From Verrucomicrobiota bacterium (GTDB lineage Bacteria; Verrucomicrobiota; Verrucomicrobiia; CAIQCK01): a stretch of 64,000 nucleotides of DNA. Both the position numbers and the translations under genes were made by a program. Every line of letters begins with the position of its first letter. The stretch's first letter is position 1. Location: the NCBI GenBank assembly GCA_016222825.1, contig JACRQF010000015.1, positions 297,646 through 361,645 on the forward strand, in the 5' to 3' direction. This document shows, one piece after another, positions 46,608 through 55,970 of this stretch. The notes beneath the pieces were generated by a model that saw only the letters and a program-made list of their open reading frames with translations, was not told where the DNA came from and did not search any database.

Positions 46608-48008
46608 CTATTCTCGTGGAAAGATAACGCGCGCTGCTTCCCCGCGCATCGCGTCGTAGAAATACATGCCGACGTCCTTGGTGCCCGGCGGATATTTCGA
46701 GTCGCCGTAGCTCCAGAGCAACTGGAAGTCGCCCGGCCCGCGCTGGTGTCCGAAGACGACCTTCACGCAGTTGTGACTCAGCGGCGAAGCGCGCGTGACG
46801 TGCTTCGTGTTGGCCCATGTCTTGCCGCTGTCGGTTGAGCGCCATTCCTCGATATCGCCGCCGTCCTCCTGTGCTTGCGTCGCCGTTGTTGGCGCATAGA
46901 CGCGAAAATCGTCCGCGGCGCGGATCACCAAGCCGCCGTCGTCATACATGTGATCGCTCGCGACCACGTCGGTGATCGCCCAGCGCCCGGCGGCGTGACG
47001 CGCGAACTTCCACGCGCTCGCGTAGGTCGCCACGTCAGCGTCAATGAAAAGGATGCAGGGGTTGCCTTGCGGATCGATCTGGATGTCCTTCAGCCACACG
47101 CCGTGCTCGCCGCAGTCGTAGATCTTCTCCGCGGCTGCCTCGGTGATCGGCAGCGTGTAACGCGAACCGTCCGAGCGTTTCCAGGTCGCGCCGCCGTCGT
47201 CGGAGCAGGCGTAATAGACGTTGTAGCGCCGCGCCCAGAGATGCTTGGTCTTCTGTTCCTCGGGCGTGCCGCCGCCGAGCCGCGACCACGCGATGTGGAG
47301 CTTGCGCGGATACGCGCCTTCCCCGGCGATGGTGACGGCATAGGCTGTGGCGCCCGCAAGCCTGATGAGATCGGTCGCGGGTTGCCAGGTCGCGCCGCCG
47401 TCGTGCGAAATGGTGAACCGCCAGCCGGGAGCCTGGCCTTCCAAGCTTTTGGGATCGCGCACCGCCGACAACGGCTGGCCGCGCCACGAGACGAAAAGCT
47501 CGCCCGCTTTGAGCTGCCACGGCTGCGGGTAGGTCGTCTTCGCGTCCGGCAGGTCGGGCTTCCGCTCCCATGCGGCGATGTCGTAGGGCGCGCGTGACTT
47601 CACGACGCGGGTCGGATGTCCGTGCGCGCCGTAGAAGACGTAGAGATGACCGTCCTCGGCGACGTGCAGCGTCGGATTGCGGTGCGCGTCGCCGTCGGGA
47701 TTGTTGCCGAGAACCACCGGTTTGGCGAAGACGCGCCGCGCATGGTCGTAGAAGCTGATGGTCGGCGCGTTGGTGGCGTTGCCATAGACGAAGAAAGTTC
47801 TGTTCACCGCCGGCGCGAACACCGCCATCGGTCGGTGCCAGACGCAGTAGGTCGCCATCGGCCCGGAATAAACGTAGTGGTGCCCCGGCAGCGTATTCAC
47901 CGTGCCGCAGCCATACCACACGCCGCGGTGTTCGGGCGGCGTCTCGGCCGCAAGAACGCAGGCTGATGACAGCAGCGACACAATGACTACCAGCGCGATT
48001 GTTTTCAT
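46608..48008 (-). CDS. BNR/Asp-box repeat protein (sialidase-like glycosidase)
   Basis: ORF 46608..48038; ATG at 48008 gives signal peptide MKTIALVVIVSLLSSACVLA; three Asp-box motifs (SHDGGATW, SDDGGATW, STDSGKTW). Confidence 0.8.
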   Translation of the reverse strand: MKTIALVVIVSLLSSACVLAAETPPEHRGVWYGCGTVNTLPGHHYVYSGPMATYCVWHRPMAVFAPAVNRTFFVYGNATNAPTISFYDHARRVFAKPVVLGNNPDGDAHRNPTLHVAEDGHLYVFYGAHGHPTRVVKSRAPYDIAAWERKPDLPDAKTTYPQPWQLKAGELFVSWRGQPLSAVRDPKSLEGQAPGWRFTISHDGGATWQPATDLIRLAGATAYAVTIAGEGAYPRKLHIAWSRLGGGTPEEQKTKHLWARRYNVYYACSDDGGATWKRSDGSRYTLPITEAAAEKIYDCGEHGVWLKDIQIDPQGNPCILFIDADVATYASAWKFARHAAGRWAITDVVASDHMYDDGGLVIRAADDFRVYAPTTATQAQEDGGDIEEWRSTDSGKTWANTKHVTRASPLSHNCVKVVFGHQRGPGDFQLLWSYGDSKYPPGTKDVGMYFYDAMRGEAARVIFPRE

Positions 48009-49339
48009 GAAGCCGGCTCCGTTGCGCGATACACCCACAGATAACGGCGGTCGTAGATGATGACCTCCTTCACGCCGTCGCCGTCCCAGTCCACGATCTT
48101 CGTCGCGAAACCGTAGCCGAGGTCATCGGCGCGCGCTTTCGGCGGTAACTCGTGCTCGGGCTGGCGCGAGTTCGGCGGCAGTGCGAACTCCAGCGTGATG
48201 TTGCCGTCGCCGTCCATGCCCCACGGCCAGCCGCCGTCAGTGTAGATGATGTAGTCCTTCGTGGGCTTGCCGGCGCGCGGGATGGGAAATGGCTTGATGG
48301 GGCCGTTGCGGTGAAACACGCGGCCCTCGCACGCTCTCGGGCAACCGAGCGGCCAGCGGCGCGGCGACGGCCGCTGCCAGAGTTCCTTGCCGTGGGCGTC
48401 GTAGAGGACGATCGGGCCGTTGGGGGCGTTATAGACGGCAACCTGAAACTCCGAGTCGTCGCGGAACCGGCCCAGCGCACTGCACTGCACGTGAGGACCG
48501 GGGTGCGCGAACAACGTCCGCCCGCCGCGCTCGACGAGGTAGGACTTGTCGGAGCCGGCGAACGCGAGCATCAGTTTGCCGGAAGCGAGCCGCAACACGT
48601 CGGTGTAGTCCACGTGCTGTTTGCCTGCGTCGAGCTTCGCCGGGTCAATCGCGTCCACCGTCCACGCGATCTTGCCGGACGGTTTCACCGCGCAATAGCC
48701 GATGAGGAACTCGCTGCCTTTCTCGCCGTCGAGGTCGAGCGTGAGGATGTGATGACCTGCGCCGGGAATCGCGACGGGTCCCCAGACGGGTTTGAGTTTT
48801 GCGTCGAGCGCGATGAGCGGCTCGCCGTAGCGCCACTTGCCATAGCCGCCCTCGCCGTTCTTCACGACGACGGCTGCTTCGCCGGGCGCAGTCCGCTCGC
48901 CGAGCACCTGCACGATGTAGAAGTTGTCCTCCGGCATCTCGGCTTCGGCGCGCACACGGCCGGTGAGGCCGTCGAGCAAATGGATTTTGCGCCCATCGGC
49001 CAGCGCGACTTCCACGCGCCCGTCGCCATCCACGTCGCCCGCCGCAACGCACGATTCGAAAGCGTGACTCGTGTAGGGACGGTCGGTTGGGTTCGGCGTG
49101 CCCCAGGTCCACAAGCGCGTTCCGTCCTGCCGGAACGCGATCAGGCAGGTGGACTTTGGCAGCGCCGGTTTCACTTGCGGCCAGCTCGAATACAATGCCG
49201 AGCCGAAGACAGCCGGCCCTTGATACGCGAGCACTTCGGGCCGGCCGTCGTGGTCGAGGTCGGCAAAGAAAAGTTCCGCGCCACCGAACGCAGCGACGGA
49301 GAGTTCCTGAAGGAGCTTGAGGCAGATGGAGGCACTCAT
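48005..49339 (-). CDS. FG-GAP/VCBS repeat beta-propeller protein
   Basis: ORF 48005..49357; FG-GAP-like calcium-binding repeats (DLDHDGRPEV, GDVDGDGRVEV, DWDGDGVKEV); stop overlaps start of the BNR gene. Confidence 0.75.
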   Translation of the reverse strand: MSASICLKLLQELSVAAFGGAELFFADLDHDGRPEVLAYQGPAVFGSALYSSWPQVKPALPKSTCLIAFRQDGTRLWTWGTPNPTDRPYTSHAFESCVAAGDVDGDGRVEVALADGRKIHLLDGLTGRVRAEAEMPEDNFYIVQVLGERTAPGEAAVVVKNGEGGYGKWRYGEPLIALDAKLKPVWGPVAIPGAGHHILTLDLDGEKGSEFLIGYCAVKPSGKIAWTVDAIDPAKLDAGKQHVDYTDVLRLASGKLMLAFAGSDKSYLVERGGRTLFAHPGPHVQCSALGRFRDDSEFQVAVYNAPNGPIVLYDAHGKELWQRPSPRRWPLGCPRACEGRVFHRNGPIKPFPIPRAGKPTKDYIIYTDGGWPWGMDGDGNITLEFALPPNSRQPEHELPPKARADDLGYGFATKIVDWDGDGVKEVIIYDRRYLWVYRATEPAS

Positions 49340-49429
49340 GACAACGGGAGAATCCACCTCCGCGTGCCAAGAGCCAAGCCCGAAGTGAGATGGCGAACCG
49401 GACAGGAGTGTCCGGCTTGCGATGAGACC

Positions 49430-49687
49430 TCAGTCCGGCAGCATGTCAATGTCGTGGGCGATGTCGAGAAACTCGTTTTTCGAAACCTCTTCGAGCGTCT
49501 TGCCGCGCTGCTTGAGCTTCTCGTTGAACTTGATCGCCTTCTCGGTCATGTGGTCGTGCGTCTCTTCGCTGCCGCCGAGCAGCAGGAAATTCTCGCCTTT
49601 CGTAACCCGCTTGTGGTGGTCCTTGTTGTCCAGCCCCAGACCGAGCAGGAGGGCTTTCTTTGACTTGGCTTTTTTTCGAGGCTTCAT
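49430..49687 (-). CDS. hypothetical small charged protein
   Basis: ORF 49430..49702; ATG at 49687 (MKPRKKAKSKKALLLGLGLDNKDHHKR…); no recognised family. Confidence 0.5.
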   Translation of the reverse strand: MKPRKKAKSKKALLLGLGLDNKDHHKRVTKGENFLLLGGSEETHDHMTEKAIKFNEKLKQRGKTLEEVSKNEFLDIAHDIDMLPD

Positions 49688-49745
49688 CTGTAAGGATCGC
49701 AACTACGAAGAAAGTTATCCGGAAACCAGCGGTTGTCGCGGGGCA

Positions 49746-50099
49746 TCATTTGCGGGGTCGAGCGCTGAAGAGGAGCACCCCGCCTGCCGCCACCGTCAAC
49801 AGACTGATGCCACAGAGCGCGAGCTTCACCCGGTAATTGGTTCGCGTCAGCAGGATCGTGCCGGTGGCAAAACCCTTCGTTACTCCAAACACCTGCTGGC
49901 TGTTGCTGGCGATCTTCGGCCAGTTGCTTTCCAGTTGCTGAAGATTCCGCTGGGCTTGCTCCAATTGTTCCGCGCTCTTGAGCGTGGCAAATCCCGCGTA
50001 GAGCAACATCACCGCGCCGACTACGAAGCAAACAAGGCCCATGACCAGCGGCAGCTTTGCCGTGGTTGTCGGCGCGGTTGACGGGTTTTTCATGCTCAT
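49746..50099 (-). CDS. hypothetical small membrane protein
   Basis: 117-aa ORF with two hydrophobic helices flanking a soluble segment. Confidence 0.5.
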   Translation of the reverse strand: MSMKNPSTAPTTTAKLPLVMGLVCFVVGAVMLLYAGFATLKSAEQLEQAQRNLQQLESNWPKIASNSQQVFGVTKGFATGTILLTRTNYRVKLALCGISLLTVAAGGVLLFSARPRK

Positions 50100-50147
50100 G
50101 GCCGGCTAGCCTATTCGCGGACAGGTCGTTTTCAAGGGGATTCTCGG

Positions 50148-51212
50148 CTACTTCAGATCTATCACGGAGATCGTGTAGAGCTTGCTCGATTTGTGCGGGC
50201 CGTAGGCGAGATTGATGTTCGAGACGTAGAGCTTGTTGCCGCGCACGATGCACTCCGATGGCGAGTGGAGGCTGCCGTCGGCGCCGTCGCTCTCGCCGTT
50301 CTTGGCAACGACCGTCACCGCGCCGGACTTGGAATCAATCCGCACGACGGCGTTGCCGAGAAAGTCGGCCACCCAGAGGTTGCCGGCGGCGTCGCAATGA
50401 AGGCCGTCGGTGCTCTCCATGCCGTTGTCCTTCGCGAGCACGGCCTGTGACTGAACCTTGCCGGCGGCATCGAAGACCACCTTGATGACCTCGCGGTCGC
50501 CGAAGTTGCAGACATACATGTTGCCGGCGGCGTCGAAGTCGAGGCCGTTCGCGCCGACGGGATGCTCCTTGTTTTGCGTGGAGAGCTTCACGACCAGACG
50601 CGGGTCGCCGAGGCCGGTCACCTTCAAAGGATTCTTCGCGTCCAGTTCGGCGATGGCGAAGCGATAGACGCCGCTGGCCATGGGTGTCTCTTTGTTGAGC
50701 GTCGTGTCGCAGACGTAGATGCAGTCGCCTTTCGCCGCCACGCCATTGGCCATGTTGAGGCCGACCGCCACCACGTCACAGCCGGTCGCCTTGCCGTCCT
50801 TCATGTTCACGCGCAACAGCCGCGACTTTGCCGGCTCCTTCGTGCAGAACGCCTGGCAGTCGGCGACGTAGAGGTTGCCGTCGGAGCCGAACGCGACGCC
50901 GAGCGGGCTGGCGAGCTTGGTGTCGGGTTGCGGCGGCAGCGTGATGACTTCCTCCAACTGGTCGTCAGGCGTGATGCGCAGAATTTTCGCCGGATGTTGC
51001 TGAAGCACGACGTTGTTCATGGCGAGGTAGATGCAGCCGTCCTTGCCGAGGGTCATGCCGTCGGGGCTGTTGTATTTCTCCGGCAGCATAAAACCGACGC
51101 GCGGCTTCATGAGGCCGGCCTTTCCGCATTCGCACTCGCAGCCGCAGCCGCCGAGGAACCAGCACAATCCCAAAACTGCCATCAAGCTCGCTACTCTTGT
51201 CATCGTTCGCAT
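50148..51212 (-). CDS. SMP-30/gluconolactonase/LRE-like beta-propeller lipoprotein
   Basis: 354-aa ORF; lipobox-type signal (…LGLCWFLGGCGC…); NHL/SMP-30-like blade repeats (GNLYVAD, GNMYVCN, GNLWVAD). Confidence 0.75.
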   Translation of the reverse strand: MRTMTRVASLMAVLGLCWFLGGCGCECECGKAGLMKPRVGFMLPEKYNSPDGMTLGKDGCIYLAMNNVVLQQHPAKILRITPDDQLEEVITLPPQPDTKLASPLGVAFGSDGNLYVADCQAFCTKEPAKSRLLRVNMKDGKATGCDVVAVGLNMANGVAAKGDCIYVCDTTLNKETPMASGVYRFAIAELDAKNPLKVTGLGDPRLVVKLSTQNKEHPVGANGLDFDAAGNMYVCNFGDREVIKVVFDAAGKVQSQAVLAKDNGMESTDGLHCDAAGNLWVADFLGNAVVRIDSKSGAVTVVAKNGESDGADGSLHSPSECIVRGNKLYVSNINLAYGPHKSSKLYTISVIDLK

Positions 51213-51239
51213 GTCTTTCTCCTTTGGCTGATCGCGAGG

Positions 51240-52733
51240 CTACCACTTCGTCCAGACGTTCTCCAAAGACTGGATGACTTCCAGATACCTCGCATACTTC
51301 GCTGCATACAAATCCTTCATCGCCGGGTCCGGCTCCTGCCGCCGCGCGACGCGGGTCATCGCCGCCACCGCCTGCGGATAGCCTGCGTAGCAGCCGCTCG
51401 CAACCGCCGCGGCGATGGCCGCGCCGAGCGCGCCGAGTTCCGTGCCGGCGGGAATCTCCACCGGAATCTGGAAGCAGTCGGCGAACATCCGCACCCATAC
51501 GTCGCTGCGCGCCGCGCCGCCAGTGAAACGGATCGCCTCCGGCGGCGGGCGGAATTGCAGCAGCCGGCGCACGTGCCAGTGGTGGGCGAAGACGATGCCT
51601 TCATAAACCGCGCGCAAGATGTGGGCGCGCGTGTGACGGCCTTCGAGACCGATCAAGCATGACTTCGCTGCCGGATGCGCATTGGAGCCGTAAAGGAACG
51701 GCAGGAACACGAGCCGCGAGTCACGCGCATCCACCGAAGCGACCAGTTCGTTGCAAAGTTCGTAAGCGGACCCGCGTTGCTCCGGGCCGAGAAATTCGGC
51801 GATGAACCACTCGAGGTTGCCGGCGGAGGTCGGGCTGCCTTCCAGCATCAGATGCCAACCCGGCACCGCGTAGCAGGTGGTCATGAAGAGGTCTTTGTCT
51901 ATGAGCGGCTCGCGGGCGACGTAGAGGTTGCAGCCCCACGTGCCGGCCACCACTGACATCAGCCGCTCGTCCACCATGCCCGCCGCCAGACCGCACGCAT
52001 CAATGTCGAACAACCCGCCCGCGACCGGCGTGCCCGCGACCAGGCCCGTCTCGGCGGCGGCTTGCGCAGTGACCTTGCCGCAGAGGTCGGCGCTCCCGAC
52101 CAGCGGCGGCAGCAGGCGCTTCATGTCCGCGATGCCGAACAGTTCCAGCACGCTGTCGTCGTAGCCGGCGGTGACGACGTTCATCAAGCTCGTGCCGGAC
52201 ATGTCGGTCAGTTCGGCACCAACCTCGCCCGTGAGCCGGAAGCGGATGTAGTCCTTGCACATCAACGCCCACCGTGATTGGGCAAGCGTCTCAGGCTCAT
52301 GATCGCGCAGCCACGCCAGCAAAGCGTTCGGCTGGCCGGGCCAGAGGCATTGCGCAGTCTTCGGCAGCGCCTGCTCGCCGACGCCCGCCGCGCGCCACCG
52401 CGTGACGATGTCCAGAGCGCGAGAGTCGGTGGAATAGATGCCGTTCCGCGCGGGGCGGCCGTCCTTGTCTATGAGGTAGAGGCCGTTGCCGTGGCCCGCG
52501 CAGGCGACGCAGAGAATGTCGCGCGGATTGACGCCGGACTTCGCCAGCACTTCGCGGATCGCCTCGGCCGTGCTGCGCCAGAGCGCGTCCGCGTCGCGCT
52601 CGGCGTGGCCCGGCTTCGGCTCCAGCGACGGCAGTTTTCGCCCTGCGACGGCGACCTCGTCGCCGTTAAGCGTGAACAACGCGGCCTTCGAGACCGTGCC
52701 GCCGTTGTCAATGCCGAGCAGATAGCGCGACAT
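51240..52733 (-). CDS. FGGY-family carbohydrate kinase (xylulokinase-like)
   Basis: 497-aa ORF; N-terminal LGIDNGGTVSKAALF phosphate-1 motif and typical FGGY N- and C-domains. Confidence 0.9.
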   Translation of the reverse strand: MSRYLLGIDNGGTVSKAALFTLNGDEVAVAGRKLPSLEPKPGHAERDADALWRSTAEAIREVLAKSGVNPRDILCVACAGHGNGLYLIDKDGRPARNGIYSTDSRALDIVTRWRAAGVGEQALPKTAQCLWPGQPNALLAWLRDHEPETLAQSRWALMCKDYIRFRLTGEVGAELTDMSGTSLMNVVTAGYDDSVLELFGIADMKRLLPPLVGSADLCGKVTAQAAAETGLVAGTPVAGGLFDIDACGLAAGMVDERLMSVVAGTWGCNLYVAREPLIDKDLFMTTCYAVPGWHLMLEGSPTSAGNLEWFIAEFLGPEQRGSAYELCNELVASVDARDSRLVFLPFLYGSNAHPAAKSCLIGLEGRHTRAHILRAVYEGIVFAHHWHVRRLLQFRPPPEAIRFTGGAARSDVWVRMFADCFQIPVEIPAGTELGALGAAIAAAVASGCYAGYPQAVAAMTRVARRQEPDPAMKDLYAAKYARYLEVIQSLENVWTKW

Positions 52734-52741
52734 GCGAGCGT

Positions 52742-53431
52742 TTACTTCACATCCTTCAGGAAGAAGTCGTTCATCGCCTTGTCGAGATGACGCACGCCGG
52801 CGTTGGTGTGGACGTTGGCCACCTCGGTGATGATCGCGCCTTCGGGGCCGGCCATCTGCCAGTGATGCGCGCCCTCGCGGTTGAGCGGAACGAAATCGCC
52901 GGGCTTCGCGGCGACCTCGTGCTCGACGGTGACTTTGCCGCCGTTGTGGATGGTCGGCACCTTCACCGTCAGGTTCGGCTCGCCCTCACCGACGATGTGC
53001 GAGAGACCGTAACGCACCAGCCAGCCTTCGAGCTTGGAAGGATTCTCCTTCGCGGCTTGGTGCCAGTGCTCCGGCAACATCTGGTTCGGCATCAGGTAGA
53101 TGTCCATGAGCATGTAGCGGTCCTTCTCGTTGTTGTTCCACATCACCGCCGCGAGCCCGACCTCGGTGAAATGGCCGAGGCCGTAGTCGGAAACCCAAAT
53201 CTTCTCGCGGATGCCGGGATAGACCGGATAGCCGTGGTATTTCATCAGCGCCATGACGGCGTCCTTGCCTTTCTCCTCGTCGAACTTGCCGTCCTTGTAG
53301 AAGAAATTGTTGTCGAACTTGATCTTCACTTTCTTGGCTCCTTGTGCGTCGCAGGCGCCCGGCATCGCGACCGCCAGCAACATCATGCCCGCGCAAACCG
53401 CGCGGAGGGTTTGGTTCAGCTTTAGGTTCAT
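52742..53431 (-). CDS. cupin-domain protein, D-lyxose/D-mannose isomerase-like (tentative), with signal peptide
   Basis: ORF 52742..54544, upstream part implausible; ATG at 53431 gives MNLKLNQTLRAVCAGMMLLAVAMPGACDAQG; cupin His cluster (…PEHWHQ…). Specific isomerase assignment is tentative. Confidence 0.6.
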   Translation of the reverse strand: MNLKLNQTLRAVCAGMMLLAVAMPGACDAQGAKKVKIKFDNNFFYKDGKFDEEKGKDAVMALMKYHGYPVYPGIREKIWVSDYGLGHFTEVGLAAVMWNNNEKDRYMLMDIYLMPNQMLPEHWHQAAKENPSKLEGWLVRYGLSHIVGEGEPNLTVKVPTIHNGGKVTVEHEVAAKPGDFVPLNREGAHHWQMAGPEGAIITEVANVHTNAGVRHLDKAMNDFFLKDVK

Positions 53432-53472
53432 GTGGCTCCTCGTCTTGGTTGGTTGTCTTGGTTGAAACTCGA

Positions 53473-54771
53473 TTACACGATCTCTTCCTTCACCGGATCC
53501 CAGCGCACCTGACGGCGCTTCAGATAGGACTCGACGGACATCAGCGACGTCGCGATCTCCACGAACGCTTCGTCCACGCCGCACTTCGGCGTGCCGCGGC
53601 TGCGGATGCAGTTGAAGAAATCCTCCATGTGGTTCGGCTGGCGCGGCGTCTTGCCGCGAATGTAGCCCTTCGGCAGGTCCTTCTTCTCGTTGTGGCCTTC
53701 GGGCGTGATGGTGAAGTTCGTCGCGTCGTGCGCGATGCCGTCGAAGCGCAGCAGCGCGTCCTTGCCGCAGAACTCCACCGGCTGGCCGACGCCGGTGTTC
53801 ATGCTCGCGGTGAACGTGACCGTGCGGCCGAGCTTGATGAACTGATACGTCGCCGCCCACGTGTCGGGCACCTCGCGGTCGTCCTTGAGCAGCGCGTTGA
53901 GACCGGCGCAGATGCAGGTGTCGGGAATGCCGTGGCCGAGGATGTATTGGACGAAGTCCAGCTCGTGCGAGAGCAGGTCGCCCGCCTGGCCGGTGCCGTA
54001 GCGCCAGTAACAACGCCAGTGCCAGAAGTGCCGCTCGTTGAACGGAATCTTCGGCGACTCGCCTAGCCAGAGCTTCCAGTCCACGTCCTTGACGACCTTC
54101 GCGGGATCGGGACGCTCCCATTGGCCGTAGTAACCATACCAGCGCCAGATCGGATGGGCCGGCTCGGTGTTGCCGTAGCGGCCGGTGCGCACGAGCGTGA
54201 TCGGGCCGAGCGCGCCGGTGGCGATGAGTTCCTTGGCTTGCAACGCGCACGCGCTCTGCCGCGCCTGGTGGCCGAGCTGGAACACGACCTTGCTCTTCTT
54301 GAGCGCGGCGCGCATCAGCTTCGCCTCCTTGAGCGTGCGCGAGAAACCCTTCTCGCAATAGATGTCTTTGCCGGCCTTCACCGCATCGAGAACCATCTGG
54401 CAATGCCAGTGGTCCGGCGTGCCGATGACGACCGCATCCACGTTCTTGTCGGCAAGCAGCTCGTGGTAATCCACGTAAGCCTTCACGTCGGGGTTCTTGC
54501 TGCGCTCGACGCCTTTCTGGCGGTGCGGTCCATACACGTCGCACACCGCCGTCATCTTCACGCCGTCGCAGTTGACCGCCCCGTTGATGAGATCGCCGCC
54601 GCGCGTGCCGAGGCCGATGCAGCCGACGCCGATGGTCGCGTTCGGCGATTTGGCACTGAGGATGGCTGGCGCGAAAGCCGAAGCCGCGGCGAGCGTTGTC
54701 GCGGTCCTGCCGGTGGTGCTGAGAAACTCCCGTCGGGTGAAGTGGGTCTGCTCGTTCATGTTGGTTTCCAT
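53473..54771 (-). CDS. Gfo/Idh/MocA-family oxidoreductase with TAT signal
   Basis: ORF 53473..54831; start at ATG 54771 (METNMNEQTHFTRREFLSTTG) or 54759; GCIGLGTRG NAD-binding motif. Confidence 0.85.
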   Translation of the reverse strand: METNMNEQTHFTRREFLSTTGRTATTLAAASAFAPAILSAKSPNATIGVGCIGLGTRGGDLINGAVNCDGVKMTAVCDVYGPHRQKGVERSKNPDVKAYVDYHELLADKNVDAVVIGTPDHWHCQMVLDAVKAGKDIYCEKGFSRTLKEAKLMRAALKKSKVVFQLGHQARQSACALQAKELIATGALGPITLVRTGRYGNTEPAHPIWRWYGYYGQWERPDPAKVVKDVDWKLWLGESPKIPFNERHFWHWRCYWRYGTGQAGDLLSHELDFVQYILGHGIPDTCICAGLNALLKDDREVPDTWAATYQFIKLGRTVTFTASMNTGVGQPVEFCGKDALLRFDGIAHDATNFTITPEGHNEKKDLPKGYIRGKTPRQPNHMEDFFNCIRSRGTPKCGVDEAFVEIATSLMSVESYLKRRQVRWDPVKEEIV

Positions 54772-54895
54772 GTTTGACTGCCGCCTGTCTGGGCGCGCAG
54801 AAAACACTACTTTCCGGCGAAGTGCAAGCATTCTGAGGTTTTGTTCCCGACCGCGTGGTTAACTTTCCGCGCCGACCGTATTAGCTGGAGGCATC

Positions 54896-55120
54896 ATGAT
54901 GCCACGGTCACGGTGGAACAAGCGCAGGCGCAATGGGAGGGGGTTCTTTGCCGTCTCCAAACACGGCAAGACTGTCGGCTTCTTTATCTCCTTGGACCGT
55001 ATGGAGGCGCTGCTGGAAACTATTGAGATCATGGGAAATCCAAAGGCGATGAAAGCCATACGTGACTATCAAGCGGGCAAGATGAAGTTCCGCGATATTG
55101 ACCGCTTGCATGAAAACTAA
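54896..55120 (+). CDS. Phd/YefM-like antitoxin-domain protein (solitary; no cognate toxin recognised)
   Basis: 74-aa ORF with GGAGG 4 nt upstream of ATG; C-terminal two-thirds (…FFAVSKHGKTVGFFISLDRMEALLETIEIMGNPKAMKAIRD…) resembles Phd/YefM antitoxins; N-terminus atypical (see findings). Confidence 0.55.
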   Translation: MMPRSRWNKRRRNGRGFFAVSKHGKTVGFFISLDRMEALLETIEIMGNPKAMKAIRDYQAGKMKFRDIDRLHEN

Positions 55121-55233
55121 TGGATCGCACAGCTAGCCGTCGCCGCGCTTCGGGCAAGGACAAGTCAAGAGGGCGGCTACCACTCGGAACCGGGGGTCTC
55201 TTTCGTTGGATTCCGCAGCAGCGGAAGGGCTGG

Positions 55234-55803
55234 TCAGGCTTGCGGCGGAGGCGCTGCCTTGGCGCGGGAAGCTTCGCGCGGAACCAAAGCGGCCGGGACC
55301 ACGCGCGCCGCCGATGGCGCTTCGGTCTTGACGTTCGGGACGCAACTGTCGCAGTAGCGAAGAACGTAGTAACGGACGATCTGGTGGAAGGCGCGGTTCA
55401 GTTGCTCGAAGACGTCGAACCATTCCTCTGGCGCCGCTTCGAGGCGCGAGTGGATCCAGCGGCGCACGACGCTCTCGCCGACCAGAAACACCTCGATGCC
55501 CTGGCAGAGCGTCAGTTTCCAGACGCTCATCGGGCCGAGTCGGCAGAGGGATTGGGAGGCGGGCGGCTGGGCGGGGAGTTTACCCTCGATGATGCGGACG
55601 ACATCGCGCAGCAACAGCTTCAACGGCTCCTGCGGCGCTTCGGCGAGGTTGATGCTCGCCAGCACGGCATCTTCGTTCAGCCGGCGCATCCAGCCGGCGC
55701 AAAGCTGTTCTTCATCGCGGGTGAGCAACTCGATCAGTTGCTTCTTGATCGTGCGCGCCGCGCCATCGCTCTTGCGCTTAACGAGATTGTCTTTGGAATC
55801 CAT
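55234..55803 (-). CDS. hypothetical protein
   Basis: ORF 55234..55872; ATG at 55803 (MDSKDNLVKRKSDGAARTIKKQLIELL…); protein-like composition, unlike the overlapping plus-strand ORF. Confidence 0.5.
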   Translation of the reverse strand: MDSKDNLVKRKSDGAARTIKKQLIELLTRDEEQLCAGWMRRLNEDAVLASINLAEAPQEPLKLLLRDVVRIIEGKLPAQPPASQSLCRLGPMSVWKLTLCQGIEVFLVGESVVRRWIHSRLEAAPEEWFDVFEQLNRAFHQIVRYYVLRYCDSCVPNVKTEAPSAARVVPAALVPREASRAKAAPPPQA

Positions 55804-55970
55804 GTGTGCCGTCGAGGCTGGCTGCGGCCCGATTTGCGAACGGCTCCAGACGGCCAGCTTCCTACAGTGCATCCTAGGAGAACGGGAGCGAGCCAGCTAC
55901 ACCATGCTTGGCTTTCTTTTTGCAGCCATTGCACGAGCCACGGTGGCGAGCGACCGCCAAAGAATCCGCG

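Noticed and set aside
48152-49663. 503-aa plus-strand ORF
   Set aside because: Antisense to the FG-GAP repeat gene; Ala/Arg/Val/Gly-rich composition.
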